Shown piece by piece: positions 19,035 to 28,054 of a stretch of 64,000 bases of DNA. Both the position numbers and the translations under genes were made by a program. How positions within the stretch are numbered: the first letter of the stretch is position 1; each line of letters opens with the position of its first letter. The notes below the pieces were generated by a model that saw nothing but the letters and a program-made list of their open reading frames with translations, was not told the DNA's origin and did no database searches. Origin of the DNA: Candidatus Woesebacteria bacterium (lineage in GTDB: Bacteria; Patescibacteriota; Microgenomatia; UBA1400; MFAQ01); NCBI GenBank assembly GCA_035389185.1, contig DAOORK010000001.1, positions 193,006 to 257,005 of the forward strand, in the 5' to 3' direction.

Positions 19035-20455
19035 AAGGTTTTGTCTAGATCGGGAAATAATTGGAGCTCGGTGTGCCTTTGGTAACAATCAGCGATCTCC
19101 AGAGCTTTGGATTCGTTTAATTGTTCACAGGTGATCTGGAGCCCGATGGGTAGTCCATCAATAAAGCCACAGGGCATTCCGACACTAGTAAGACCGGCAA
19201 TGGAACTGGGCTCAACTAAAATATCTTCCATCTCGCCAAACATGGGTTGATTTTTACTGGCACCAACTGGAAGCGCCGGACCAGGAGAAACCGGGCCAAT
19301 AATGGCATCGTAGGTTTTAAAAACTTCGGTAAACTCGTTGACGATCTTGGTACGGACAGCTTGGGCTTTTTTGTAGAAGGCGTCGTAGTAGCCAGCGGAA
19401 AGAGTGTATGTACCAAGCATAATGCGACGTTTGGTCTCTTCACAAATAGTGTCTCTATCGTGGCCAAAGCGAATGCCATCGTAACGCGCGAGATTGGAAC
19501 TGACTTCGGAACGCTGAATTACTGTATAGACACCGATGGCAAAACGAGGATCCATGAGGGAGACTTCTTCAACGGTGGCCCCAAGAAGGCGAAGTTTGTC
19601 GGCGGCATTGAGAATAAGATTTTTGACATCCTCACACATATTTGGCAAAAGGTATTCCTTAACCAGTCCGATGCGAACTCCCCGAAGATCTGATTTGCCC
19701 AAACTTTCAAGATAGTTATCGACCGGAGAAGGAGAAGTCGTGGCATCTTTGGCGTCTTGACCGGCAATTATTTTGGTGACGATGGCACAGTCTTCGACTG
19801 ATCGGCCTATGGGACCCGGAGAGTCTAGAGAACTGCCCATGGCCACGATGCCGTAACGACTAACACGACCATAGGTAGGCTTGAAACCGGTAACACCACA
19901 CCAGGCGGCCGGCTGACGGATAGAACCGGCAGTTTCGGATCCAAGAGAGACTGTCGCAAGCTGAGCGGCAATGGCCGCGGCAGAACCACCCGAAGAACCA
20001 CCTGGAAGTTTTTCCGGATTCCAAGGATTGAGAGTGGTGCCGAAGTCCGAGGTCTCGGTACTTGATCCATGTGCAAAAGAGTCCATGTTGGTTTTACCTA
20101 GGATTATGGCTCCTGCTTGTTTGATTTTTTCGACAACAGTGGATTCGTATTGCGGAAGGTAATCGCGAAGAATATTGGAACTGGCTGTGGTGACAATACC
20201 TTTGGTGAGAAAGTTATCCTTGACAGCAAAAGGAATACCTAGAAGAGGGCGGGTGATCCCCTTTTCGATAATTTCTTTGTCGACTGCAGCTGCTTCTTCG
20301 AGAGCCTTTTCGTTGAGACTAAGGTAGATATTTAGTTTAGGATTGTATTTTTCTATTCGATTCAAAAAATGACGAACAAGATCGACACAGGTAAAGTCGC
20401 GATTAAGATAACCGTCGTGGACTTCTTTGATGGTGAGTTCGTGAAGCTGTTTCAT
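19031..20455 (-). CDS. gatA: Glu-tRNA(Gln) amidotransferase subunit A (amidase)
   Basis: Amidase signature GGSSGGSAAAIAA with Ser-cisSer-Lys context; overlaps gatC by 4 nt. Confidence 0.9.
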   Translation of the reverse strand: MKQLHELTIKEVHDGYLNRDFTCVDLVRHFLNRIEKYNPKLNIYLSLNEKALEEAAAVDKEIIEKGITRPLLGIPFAVKDNFLTKGIVTTASSNILRDYLPQYESTVVEKIKQAGAIILGKTNMDSFAHGSSTETSDFGTTLNPWNPEKLPGGSSGGSAAAIAAQLATVSLGSETAGSIRQPAAWCGVTGFKPTYGRVSRYGIVAMGSSLDSPGPIGRSVEDCAIVTKIIAGQDAKDATTSPSPVDNYLESLGKSDLRGVRIGLVKEYLLPNMCEDVKNLILNAADKLRLLGATVEEVSLMDPRFAIGVYTVIQRSEVSSNLARYDGIRFGHDRDTICEETKRRIMLGTYTLSAGYYDAFYKKAQAVRTKIVNEFTEVFKTYDAIIGPVSPGPALPVGASKNQPMFGEMEDILVEPSSIAGLTSVGMPCGFIDGLPIGLQITCEQLNESKALEIADCYQRHTELQLFPDLDKTL

Positions 20456-20775
20456 AGGAGTTCTTCGGCATCCGAGTCAATAACGCGTTTGACAACAAAG
20501 AAACCGTTTTGGGTGTGTTTGGCCTCCCTGAGAGCTACTTCTTGAGGTAGGACACGAGACATATCAACTTCGTCGGCTCGAGTAACGTTTGTTAGTCCAT
20601 TGACCTGATATGTAGCCGGGATAGAAGAAGTATCTATCTCGTTGAGTTCGTTGACAACCTCGATTGTTTTGGTGAACTGACCAGCAAAAAGGTCGACTTC
20701 GTTTTCTTGAAGATTAAGATTGGCAAGCTTGCCGATTTTTCTGACTTCATCTGGTGAAACGGTGACCGTATGCAT
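20452..20775 (-). CDS. gatC: Glu-tRNA(Gln) amidotransferase subunit C
   Basis: 107 aa; position and sequence typical of GatC upstream of gatA. Confidence 0.8.
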   Translation of the reverse strand: MHTVTVSPDEVRKIGKLANLNLQENEVDLFAGQFTKTIEVVNELNEIDTSSIPATYQVNGLTNVTRADEVDMSRVLPQEVALREAKHTQNGFFVVKRVIDSDAEELL

Positions 20776-20792
20776 GCGTCTATTGTATCAAT

Positions 20793-22145
20793 TTATAGAT
20801 TACTCGTCTTGAGGAAAACTTTCTTATTTTTGATTTCATAGTAGATGTCGCAGATGTTGTTTAGAAGATCGTGATCGTGAGAAATAAGAAGAATTGTTCC
20901 TGGGTAATCGACAAGAAACTCTTCGAGAGCGGCAACAGACTTAAGATCCAGGTGATTGGTAGGTTCATCTAGAATTAAGATGTCTGGATTGGTGTACAAG
21001 AATAGTGCCAGTTGTAGACGGGCTTTTTGACCTCCAGAGAGTGTCCAGACTTTGGACTTGATGGTTTGCTTGGTGAAATAAAACTTTCGTAGAACTGCGG
21101 CCGCTTCATAATCGGCTATGGGGAAGCGACTACAGAAACAGTCAATGGGTGTTCCGTCTGATGGGAGTGTTTCCAAGTGTTCTTGAGAGTAATAACCAAC
21201 CTTTAGATTCTCACCGGTTTTGGCGACGCCTTCTGTTGGAGACAGCATACCAAGGATTAGTTTTATTAAAGTGGTTTTTCCTGTTCCATTTGCAGACACG
21301 AGCGCGACTTTTTCACCCACTTCAATGTACATCTCAGCTTGGTCAAAAATTTGATTTTCGCCATAGGCAAAAGAGATATCTTTAACCATAATGGCGAGTT
21401 TGTTTTTGATTTGTTTGCCGGAAAGGCTGGTTTTAAGCTCGATGTGCACGTCTCTTATCTTGGGATCTTTGACCATTTCCGCTTCAAAACGAGCCAGACG
21501 TTTTTCTAGGGCGTGATAGTAGCGAGCCACTTTGGGACCGCTTGCCGCTTTGGCTCTGAATCTCTCAACCAATTCCTTTAGTCTCTTGTGCTCTTTATCT
21601 TGAACGTGAAAAAGGTGCTCTAAGGCATCCTGTTCTTTGTCGTATTCTGTCGCAAATTTGGCAAAGCCAAAAGGATATGTGCGAATTTCGCGATCTTCAA
21701 CCAGCCAGGTGTGAGTAGTAACTTTTTTGAGAACGTGACGATCATGACTAATAAGAATAACCAAACCATTAAATGACTTAATGGCATTGATCATCCATTC
21801 TTTATTTTCGATATCCAGATGATTATCTGGCTCATCTAACAGTAATACATCGTAAAGATTGGAATATATCAAGTCCGCAAGTAGAGCGATTTTTTTCTGT
21901 CCACCGGAAAGAGTGGGAAGATTTTCTATTTCTTGAGGCAAGTAACCAATACGTAAATCCCCTGACCACTCGATTTTGCCGCTATCTTGTTCTTCGAGAC
22001 CAGCCAAAATCTTAAGGAGAGTTGATTTGCCACAACCATTGTCACCTATAAGTGCCACGACACCATTCCCGGTGTGGTTAAGGGTGATGTTGTCCAGTAA
22101 GGACTGGTTATAGTGCTTCTCGAGCTTGGTGATTTTGAGGTTCAT
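20793..22145 (-). CDS. ABC-F family ATPase (tandem NBDs, no TMD)
   Basis: Two Walker A motifs (GDNGCGKST, SANGTGKTT) and two LSGGQK signatures, separated by a charged linker. Confidence 0.8.
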   Translation of the reverse strand: MNLKITKLEKHYNQSLLDNITLNHTGNGVVALIGDNGCGKSTLLKILAGLEEQDSGKIEWSGDLRIGYLPQEIENLPTLSGGQKKIALLADLIYSNLYDVLLLDEPDNHLDIENKEWMINAIKSFNGLVILISHDRHVLKKVTTHTWLVEDREIRTYPFGFAKFATEYDKEQDALEHLFHVQDKEHKRLKELVERFRAKAASGPKVARYYHALEKRLARFEAEMVKDPKIRDVHIELKTSLSGKQIKNKLAIMVKDISFAYGENQIFDQAEMYIEVGEKVALVSANGTGKTTLIKLILGMLSPTEGVAKTGENLKVGYYSQEHLETLPSDGTPIDCFCSRFPIADYEAAAVLRKFYFTKQTIKSKVWTLSGGQKARLQLALFLYTNPDILILDEPTNHLDLKSVAALEEFLVDYPGTILLISHDHDLLNNICDIYYEIKNKKVFLKTSNL

Positions 22146-22154
22146 GACAGAGTA

Positions 22155-22715
22155 TTATCCCTCATTTTGTGCCTCCAATACAAATCCCTTTGACTGACCA
22201 AAGGAGATGAATCCATCAAGATCAATTTCTGTTTTCCCAATTTTGCAGTCTTGGAAAAGAGTACCGGCAAGATTTGAACCAGACAGAACTGTACCGGTAA
22301 GTTTGCAGTGATTAAAGACAACACGTTGGAGATCACAGGTAGTCATGGGTACTTTGGTGAGATCACAGTTGATAAAGTAAGTTGAAGACAGATCTGATTT
22401 AACGAAAGTGGAACCGATGAGTTTTTGCTTCTCGAAAGTACAACCTTCCATAACAGATTGTTGAAAACAGCAGTTTTTGATGTTGGTATCTTTGAAGTTT
22501 ATCCAACTGAGTTTACAGCCATCAAAAATACAACTTTCAAATGAGGAAGAACTGATTAAGCAGTTACTCAGGTCACAATTTTCGAAACGACATTTTTCAA
22601 AGCTCGAAAAACGAATGTTTTGCTGAAAAAATGAACAGTTTAGAAATTTCGTGTCTAAAAAACTTTGTCCCTTAAGTTCGCTTGCTGGAAAAATTATTTC
22701 TTTTTTGATGTCCAC
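22155..22715 (-). CDS. pentapeptide-repeat protein (Qnr/MfpA-like fold)
   Basis: Consecutive A(D/N)LxF-type pentapeptides with alternating F/C/L positions through most of the 186 aa. Confidence 0.8.
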   Translation of the reverse strand: MDIKKEIIFPASELKGQSFLDTKFLNCSFFQQNIRFSSFEKCRFENCDLSNCLISSSSFESCIFDGCKLSWINFKDTNIKNCCFQQSVMEGCTFEKQKLIGSTFVKSDLSSTYFINCDLTKVPMTTCDLQRVVFNHCKLTGTVLSGSNLAGTLFQDCKIGKTEIDLDGFISFGQSKGFVLEAQNEG

Positions 22716-22725
22716 AAGATGATAA

Positions 22726-22752
22726 TAACAAAAAAGGGGCCATAATGGCCCC
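22726..22752 (-). terminator. rho-independent terminator (ggggcc-ataat-ggcccc plus TTTTTTG on minus)
   Basis: Perfect GC stem; T-run on the minus strand, downstream of gene 22760..23212. Confidence 0.65.
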
Positions 22753-22759
22753 AGATTTC

Positions 22760-23212
22760 TTAGATCAGTTGGTGTTTTTTTAGTGTCTCGGCAAAAAATA
22801 CTAATGCTTCGAGGGAAGTGATACCGTAGTACGGAATGAAGTAATCGATTGATCCGCCAGGTAAGGTTTGGGGTTTGGCCCAGATATATTTGTCGGTATT
22901 AGCTGAGCGACGTTTGTGTTGTGAGTATGACCGCAAATCGTCCGGCCTTGCTTTACTATTGAATCCGGCCACGGATAAATGCGATCTATGCTGAGAGTCG
23001 GCATAAAGCACCTTAGCAACGTCAAGAGGTACATCGCCGACTGCCAACCAGTACCACGGGCCACGATAAAAGCAAAAGTTACCCAGTTTGCCATACGTCG
23101 GGAATGACCCTTTTTCTTTTGCGGCAACTGTAATACCAGCCTTTTTTAACTCCAGGACGATTATTTCTTCTCTATTATTTTTCCCAAGAACGTTTTTTAG
23201 CGCTGATTCCAA
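22760..23212 (-). CDS. hypothetical protein
   Basis: 150 aa ORF with no motif. Confidence 0.45.
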   Translation of the reverse strand: MESALKNVLGKNNREEIIVLELKKAGITVAAKEKGSFPTYGKLGNFCFYRGPWYWLAVGDVPLDVAKVLYADSQHRSHLSVAGFNSKARPDDLRSYSQHKRRSANTDKYIWAKPQTLPGGSIDYFIPYYGITSLEALVFFAETLKKHQLI

Positions 23213-23244
23213 AACACCTCCTTTATCAAAGAACTAGAGAGGAA

Positions 23245-24144
23245 TTATAAACCACGAAGTGCTTTTATTCTCTCGGAAACTGGCGGATGAGTATTAAACA
23301 GATTTGCAAACCAACCAATTGAGTCATGACGATTTTTGAGAGGATCAGAGATGTAGAGGTGAGCCGTAGCCTTATTGGCCGCTTCCAAAGGTTCTCTATC
23401 TTTGGCGATTTTTTCAAGAGCACTTGCCAACCCTTCGGGATATTTGGTGATAACGGCTCCGGAAGCATCAGCCAGGAACTCACGCCTTCTTGATATAGCC
23501 ATTTGAATTAGCTGAGCAATGAGAGGAGAAAGAAGGGCAAGAAGTAGACCTATGAGCATAAAAATACCTCTAAGATTGTTATCTTCGTCGTCGCTCGATC
23601 TCCCTCGAATATTTGTCCTTAAAAGAACGTCCGCAAGGAGAGTGATAAGACCAATAAGAATGGTAACGATGCTCATAAGACGAGTATCGTAGTTTTTGAT
23701 ATGACTCATTTCGTGAGCAACAACCCCCTCAAGTTCGGTGCGATTTAGTTTGGCCAGTAGCCCTGTGGTGGCACAAATAACGGCGTGTTGTGGATCTCGA
23801 CCGGTGGCAAAAGCGTTTGGCGATGTATCGTCTAGAACGTATAGTCTGGGCATGGGGATCCTAGCGGGACGATAAAGATTTTCGGCTACCGTATAGAAAT
23901 CAAAATGATCCTTTATGTTTGCCGGAACTGCCCCGGATAGCCCCAAAATCATTTGATCCGAGTAGTAATAGCTAACAAAGCTGAGTGTTCCAGATAATAA
24001 GAGGGCGATACCTACAGCAGAGTAATCGAAGCCTAGGGTATAACAAATAAAATAGGTAGCCGCGGTGATAAAAACGATAAAACAGGCAATGACCAAGCCA
24101 CTGCGCGCCTTATTGGCGTCAACCTGTTCGTAGATATTTTTCAT
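23245..24144 (-). CDS. htpX: HtpX-family M48 zinc metalloprotease
   Basis: HEMSHIKNYD HExxH motif and TM helices; adjacent to lemA. Confidence 0.85.
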   Translation of the reverse strand: MKNIYEQVDANKARSGLVIACFIVFITAATYFICYTLGFDYSAVGIALLLSGTLSFVSYYYSDQMILGLSGAVPANIKDHFDFYTVAENLYRPARIPMPRLYVLDDTSPNAFATGRDPQHAVICATTGLLAKLNRTELEGVVAHEMSHIKNYDTRLMSIVTILIGLITLLADVLLRTNIRGRSSDDEDNNLRGIFMLIGLLLALLSPLIAQLIQMAISRRREFLADASGAVITKYPEGLASALEKIAKDREPLEAANKATAHLYISDPLKNRHDSIGWFANLFNTHPPVSERIKALRGL

Positions 24145-24729
24145 TTACAGGTCAATTTTGGGATTTTTCATCTCACCCTGACTTACTTCTAGATGTTCTC
24201 CTTCTGTGGGAGTAGCAATCCCCTTTTGTTCTTTGAAGCCGAAGATGGAGGCAATTATGTTGCTCGGGAAAGTGACTATTTTGGTGTTGTAATCGGCAGA
24301 AAGGTCGATAACCACACGACGAGCGTACAGCAGTTTATCTGAGGTGTCACGAAGTTCGTCCATAAGACGAGTAACAACTTCAGCTCCTTTGAGCTCCGGG
24401 TTGCTCTCGACCAACACCTGGAGTTTGGGAACCAAGTTACTAATAGCGTCTGAGGCGGCTTCAATCTTGGACATGTCTTTACTTCCTGAGGCCTTATCAA
24501 CAGTTTTTCTGGCGCTGACTATTTCATCGTAGATGCCCTTTTCGTGTTTGAGATAACCTTTGACCGAAGTTTCTAGATTAGGGATAAGATTTCCCTGACG
24601 TTTAAGTTGGTTGCCAATGTCTTGAATAGCCGCAGTTAAGCGGGTTTTGACTGTTTGGAACCAGTTGTATTGAGAGACAACGTAAAAGGCAAGAATAAGA
24701 AGTATGCCAAAAATAATGTAACCAAACAT
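24145..24729 (-). CDS. lemA: LemA family protein
   Basis: N-terminal TM plus the LemA-type coiled region; 1 nt gap to htpX. Confidence 0.8.
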   Translation of the reverse strand: MFGYIIFGILLILAFYVVSQYNWFQTVKTRLTAAIQDIGNQLKRQGNLIPNLETSVKGYLKHEKGIYDEIVSARKTVDKASGSKDMSKIEAASDAISNLVPKLQVLVESNPELKGAEVVTRLMDELRDTSDKLLYARRVVIDLSADYNTKIVTFPSNIIASIFGFKEQKGIATPTEGEHLEVSQGEMKNPKIDL

Positions 24730-24861
24730 ATATATTATTGTTAAATAATAACTGTATTGATTCTATCACTACGACACAAATGAGTGTTGGAAAAAGAAGA
24801 TTTATTTATTTGAGTAATATATTTATTCAATGTTTCACAGCATTTTCATAAGTTCCCCGAG

Positions 24862-24901
24862 CCACAGAAAACCGCCTCAACTCTTTGCAGAGCAAGGCGG
24901 T
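24862..24901 (-). terminator. possible terminator hairpin downstream of the RRM gene
   Basis: accgcct...aggcggt imperfect stem followed on the minus strand by tttctgtgg; weak T-tract. Confidence 0.35.
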
Positions 24902-24942
24902 CTTCTCGTTAATGGTCATTTAACTGACCTTAAAAGCCAATT

Positions 24943-25224
24943 TTAGCGGCCTCCAAAGCTACGTGCAGGACGTTCTTCTTTGGGGCGAGCTTCGTTGACG
25001 ATGATGTTGCGGCCATCCATATCGGTACCGTTCATCTTTTCGATGGCGGTCTTGGCAGCCTCAGCGTCTTCGAACTCGACAAAGCCGAATCCTTTACTCC
25101 TGCCGGAGAACTTGTCTGAAATAACGGTGCACTCACCTAAAGCACCGAAGGGCGAAAACGCCTCCTGGAGTTTTTGTTGAGTAACACTATAGGGAAGATT
25201 CCCTACGTATAAGCGAACAGCCAT
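24943..25224 (-). CDS. RNA-binding protein (RRM domain)
   Basis: RNP2 LYVGNL and RNP1 KGFGFVEF motifs; Gly/Arg C-terminal tail. Confidence 0.85.
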   Translation of the reverse strand: MAVRLYVGNLPYSVTQQKLQEAFSPFGALGECTVISDKFSGRSKGFGFVEFEDAEAAKTAIEKMNGTDMDGRNIIVNEARPKEERPARSFGGR

Positions 25225-25319
25225 TTCTGGCTCCTTTCTCTTCTTTCCAAAGCCATCATCACTTTGAAACCTATCTGTAAAAAGTTAAGATGATTTAACT
25301 AGTTAATTATACCGTATTC

Positions 25320-25328
25320 TGGTAAAAT
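25320..25328 (+). promoter_or_regulatory. extended -10 TGgTAAAAT about 28 nt upstream of tRNA-Asp
   Basis: TGnTAAAAT match; the -35 is unclear. Confidence 0.3.
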
Positions 25329-25356
25329 ATGGACTGTTCTTTGGAAATGAACACTT

Positions 25357-25430
25357 GGGGTTGTAGCTCAGTTGGTTAGAGCGTCCGCCTGTCACGCGGA
25401 AGGTCGAGGGTTCGAGCCCCTTCAGCCCCG
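25357..25430 (+). tRNA. tRNA-Asp (anticodon GTC), CCA not encoded
   Basis: Hand-folded cloverleaf: acceptor GGGGTTG/CAGCCCC, D arm GCTC/GAGC, anticodon stem TCCGC/GCGGA with loop CTGTCAC, T arm GAGGG-TTCGAGC-CCCTT. Confidence 0.9.
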
Positions 25431-25435
25431 CTTTT

Positions 25436-25464
25436 AAAACCTTCCTTTTTGGAAGGTTTTTTGT
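25436..25464 (+). terminator. terminator after tRNA-Asp (aaaaccttcc-ttttt-ggaaggtttt plus T-run)
   Basis: Perfect hairpin plus TTTTTTG. Confidence 0.7.
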
Positions 25465-25477
25465 GTTATGTAATTTC

Positions 25478-25506
25478 TTGACTTATAGTATATTTTTTGA
25501 TATAAT
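25478..25506 (+). promoter_or_regulatory. sigma70 promoter TTGACT-17-TGaTATAAT
   Basis: Near-consensus -35 at 25478-25483 and extended -10 at 25498-25506, upstream of ORF 25551 which has SD AAAGGAG. Confidence 0.7.
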
Positions 25507-25550
25507 ACCTGAGTATTTTGAGATCGCCCATTTAAAAGGAGAATCAGGCT

Positions 25551-25877
25551 GTGAGGAAATCAATCTTGATGTTGACCGTAGTTTTGATTGTGGTAATGGC
25601 TTGTGGCTGCACCACATACCCTAGCGAGACGAACAAGATCAATTATGTGGCCAGTGACGAGAATCTGGAAGTTTCCCCCAACTGGAAGTTTATTGATCTA
25701 AACGACATTCCTGGTGATGTGGGATTGAATTCCGGCGCCATTGGAAATGCAATTTTGCAGTGGGAATTAAGCAACCCGGATCGGGAGATAGTAAGTATGG
25801 AAATAATCCGTGTCCAAGGTGCAAATGGTGCTATTGAAAAGATCCAGGGAATTTCCATCTACAGTAAATTAAAGTGA
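25551..25877 (+). CDS. small lipoprotein or secreted protein (GTG start)
   Basis: Signal peptide with lipobox-like VVMACGC; 108 aa. Confidence 0.5.
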   Translation: MRKSILMLTVVLIVVMACGCTTYPSETNKINYVASDENLEVSPNWKFIDLNDIPGDVGLNSGAIGNAILQWELSNPDREIVSMEIIRVQGANGAIEKIQGISIYSKLK

Positions 25878-25884
25878 TCGCCGA

Positions 25885-25909
25885 AGGCACCCTAAGGGGT
25901 GCCTTTTTA
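25885..25909 (+). terminator. rho-independent terminator (ggcaccc-taag-gggtgcc plus TTTTT)
   Basis: 7 bp GC stem plus T-run immediately after the 25877 stop. Confidence 0.75.
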
Positions 25910-25914
25910 TGTTT

Positions 25915-27327
25915 TTATACTTGAGAAAATTCGAGAAGTTTTTCAAACGACTGATATTTCTCTTGTGCATGTAGATTGCCGTCAATCAAGGCTGAAATCG
26001 CATATTGACGATATTTACTGGCTGATGCCGAACCGTAGCGTTTTCTAATTATTTCAGTCTCTGTATTTATCTTGGGCATAAACATGGGTTTTCGAGCCTC
26101 TCTCTCCGCCATGGCAACATCGATTGTTCCTTCATAGCCGATTCCGTACTGCCTTTCAATTATCGGCATCAAATCTCTTATATTATCTTTGTCGTTATTG
26201 CTAGCGACATCTTCAACCAATGTTGCATTTCCTTGCTCGTTTATCTGAACAAACATATGTAACCAGTCGCGGTCATTGAAGTTACCGGATGGAAAAATAG
26301 CCGATAAATTTGAGTTTACAGCCCTGCTACGAATGGATTGATCGAATGAGGAATAGACATCAGGATGACTTGTTACAACTAAGCCGTTGGAGTTGTCTAA
26401 TAAACCACGGATAGCCAATTCGATCAGATTAGTATTGATCCTGGCAGAAGAACCAATCAGATTAGGATCTTCCAATATGAGAATGGGTTTGTTTTCATCA
26501 GTTGATCTGCCAATTAGTGCTCGGAGATTTCTAATATTGGGGATACCCTTCCAGTACTCAAGTACTGAGTGAAAATACTCGGGGAACGAATTAGATAACG
26601 TGGCTGGACTATCGTCGAGCTCTTGATCTGTTTTTTCTTTCATGGCAAAGTCGTATTCCAGCTTTGGGGAATATGGTAATTCTAGCCAATCAGATACTAA
26701 GTTAATGGCCTTTTTTGTTTCCTCCAAGTCCTTTTCAAAATTAACAGATATGGGAACTATTGTATTAATATGAGCAATATTATGAGCAAGATCGATGAAT
26801 AATCCGTTAAATGATTTTTTGTCCTTATTTCTAAGATTAATCCTAAAAGAATCCCATCCATCCATATTATCTTCTTCGTACACTAGATTTAATACCCATC
26901 CATCCAGTTCCTTTATTTTTGATAGACCTTCATTGAGTTTGGCAATTTTGGGAGGGAAATTCTCAGGTTTTCTGTTTTCAGAATCAATGATTGCAAGCTC
27001 TTCAACAAGCTGTTTTGTGAGAGTAAGATTCTCCTCATGGGAAAGTGGCAGGTAAATATTATCACTGAGATTTAAGGAAGCAAGAGTATCGCCTTCGTTT
27101 AGTGCATAACGAAATCGAAATTCAATTTTTGGATTGTGTTTAGCCCTATCCGGAACGTTTTCAGAAACTAGGATGTGATTGTGTCTATCAAACACAGAGA
27201 AAGCTTGTTCATTCTTGGTAATACCATGCTCTATGACGTCCTTTCCGAAACGTTTAGTCAATGTAGATAAATTGACTTTTTGAGAAAACTCCGAAGCAAT
27301 TTCTAACTCTTGTGAACTATCAATCAT
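25915..27327 (-). CDS. large hypothetical protein (470 aa), monocistronic
   Basis: Long ORF with no recognisable motifs; own promoter and flanking terminators. Confidence 0.55.
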   Translation of the reverse strand: MIDSSQELEIASEFSQKVNLSTLTKRFGKDVIEHGITKNEQAFSVFDRHNHILVSENVPDRAKHNPKIEFRFRYALNEGDTLASLNLSDNIYLPLSHEENLTLTKQLVEELAIIDSENRKPENFPPKIAKLNEGLSKIKELDGWVLNLVYEEDNMDGWDSFRINLRNKDKKSFNGLFIDLAHNIAHINTIVPISVNFEKDLEETKKAINLVSDWLELPYSPKLEYDFAMKEKTDQELDDSPATLSNSFPEYFHSVLEYWKGIPNIRNLRALIGRSTDENKPILILEDPNLIGSSARINTNLIELAIRGLLDNSNGLVVTSHPDVYSSFDQSIRSRAVNSNLSAIFPSGNFNDRDWLHMFVQINEQGNATLVEDVASNNDKDNIRDLMPIIERQYGIGYEGTIDVAMAEREARKPMFMPKINTETEIIRKRYGSASASKYRQYAISALIDGNLHAQEKYQSFEKLLEFSQV

Positions 27328-27333
27328 AACGAC

Positions 27334-27362
27334 ATTATAATCAAGAACTACCCTATTGACAA
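27334..27362 (-). promoter_or_regulatory. sigma70 promoter TTGTCA-17-TATAAT, 6 nt before the ATG at 27327 (leaderless)
   Basis: On the minus strand: TTGTCA (27362..27357), 17 nt spacer, TATAAT (27339..27334), then gtcgtt and ATG. Confidence 0.6.
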
Positions 27363-27389
27363 GACAAAAATAATATATAAGATGAAGTC

Positions 27390-28016
27390 ATGAGCAAAGG
27401 ACAGAATGCATCAAAAAGGATTAAAAAGATCCTGAAATTTTTCAAGCTAAACGAAAACACGATAAGCACCCTCATGGGTGGTGTTGTGGTAATCGTGATT
27501 GCTGGACTGATATTTAACTATTTCAGAACAACAAATTTGAAGACTCTACAAGGGACTCTCTTGTCTGAGCAAGAAGCGGCTTCGATTACAAACGAAAATA
27601 TCAATGACAAATTGATCACCGTACACAAAGTAGTAAAGGGTGAAGATCTTTGGCACATTGCCGAAAAATACTACAAATCTGGCTATAACTACGTGGATAT
27701 CATGCGTGAAAATAATATTAAAGACCAAGGCACAATCGTCCCCAATCAGGAATTGAGGATTCCTAAGGCAGAATCTAAAAAAGTCACTGTCATTGAAAAA
27801 AAAGAGGCTGTTGTTATAACATCGACTACTTCAACCACCTCTATTGCTATCGGGGAGTACACAACGCAAAAAGGTGACTCATACTGGAATATTGCTGTTC
27901 GTGCTTATGGGGATGGTTTTCAATGGACCAAGATTTACTGGGCAAACAAGCAGATTTTTGGAAATCCAGACTTGATTCACGCAGGAGTCAAGATCATGAT
28001 ACCTGCACTAAAGTAA
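27390..28016 (+). CDS. LysM-domain protein (two LysM repeats, N-terminal TM anchor)
   Basis: Two repeats of the form ...VKGEDLWHIAEKYY...NQELRIP and ...TQKGDSYWNIAVRAYGDG...GVKIMIP. Confidence 0.75.
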   Translation: MSKGQNASKRIKKILKFFKLNENTISTLMGGVVVIVIAGLIFNYFRTTNLKTLQGTLLSEQEAASITNENINDKLITVHKVVKGEDLWHIAEKYYKSGYNYVDIMRENNIKDQGTIVPNQELRIPKAESKKVTVIEKKEAVVITSTTSTTSIAIGEYTTQKGDSYWNIAVRAYGDGFQWTKIYWANKQIFGNPDLIHAGVKIMIPALK

Positions 28017-28052
28017 AACAAAAAAACCGTGCAGATTTATCTGCACGGATGT
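28017..28052. terminator. bidirectional terminator (ccgtgcagat/atctgcacgg) with an A-run upstream
   Basis: 10 bp stem; on the minus strand followed by TTTTTTTGTTTT (terminates 28055..28363). Confidence 0.65.
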
Positions 28053-28054
28053 TT

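Noticed and set aside
20452-20775. When I hand-translated gatC from the printed text, the stretch around 20519-20521 appeared to need one extra base to stay in the frame reported by the ORF track.
   Set aside because: The ORF track gives an intact 107 aa GatC, and all flanking coordinates are self-consistent. This is most likely my transcription slip of a homopolymer, not a real frameshift. For that reason, hand-derived coordinates elsewhere are quoted with +/-1-2 nt tolerance.
22735-22751. Perfect palindrome GGGGCCATAATGGCCCC (also an SfiI-type site).
   Set aside because: It is followed by a T-run on the minus strand in an intergenic gap, so it is simply an intrinsic terminator rather than a protein-binding operator.
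27356-27384. A plus-strand promoter for the LysM gene sharing the TTGACA palindrome with the divergent minus-strand promoter.
   Set aside because: The TTGACA is good but no -10 hexamer lies at 16-18 nt (TATAAG is at 14 nt), so I left it unannotated.
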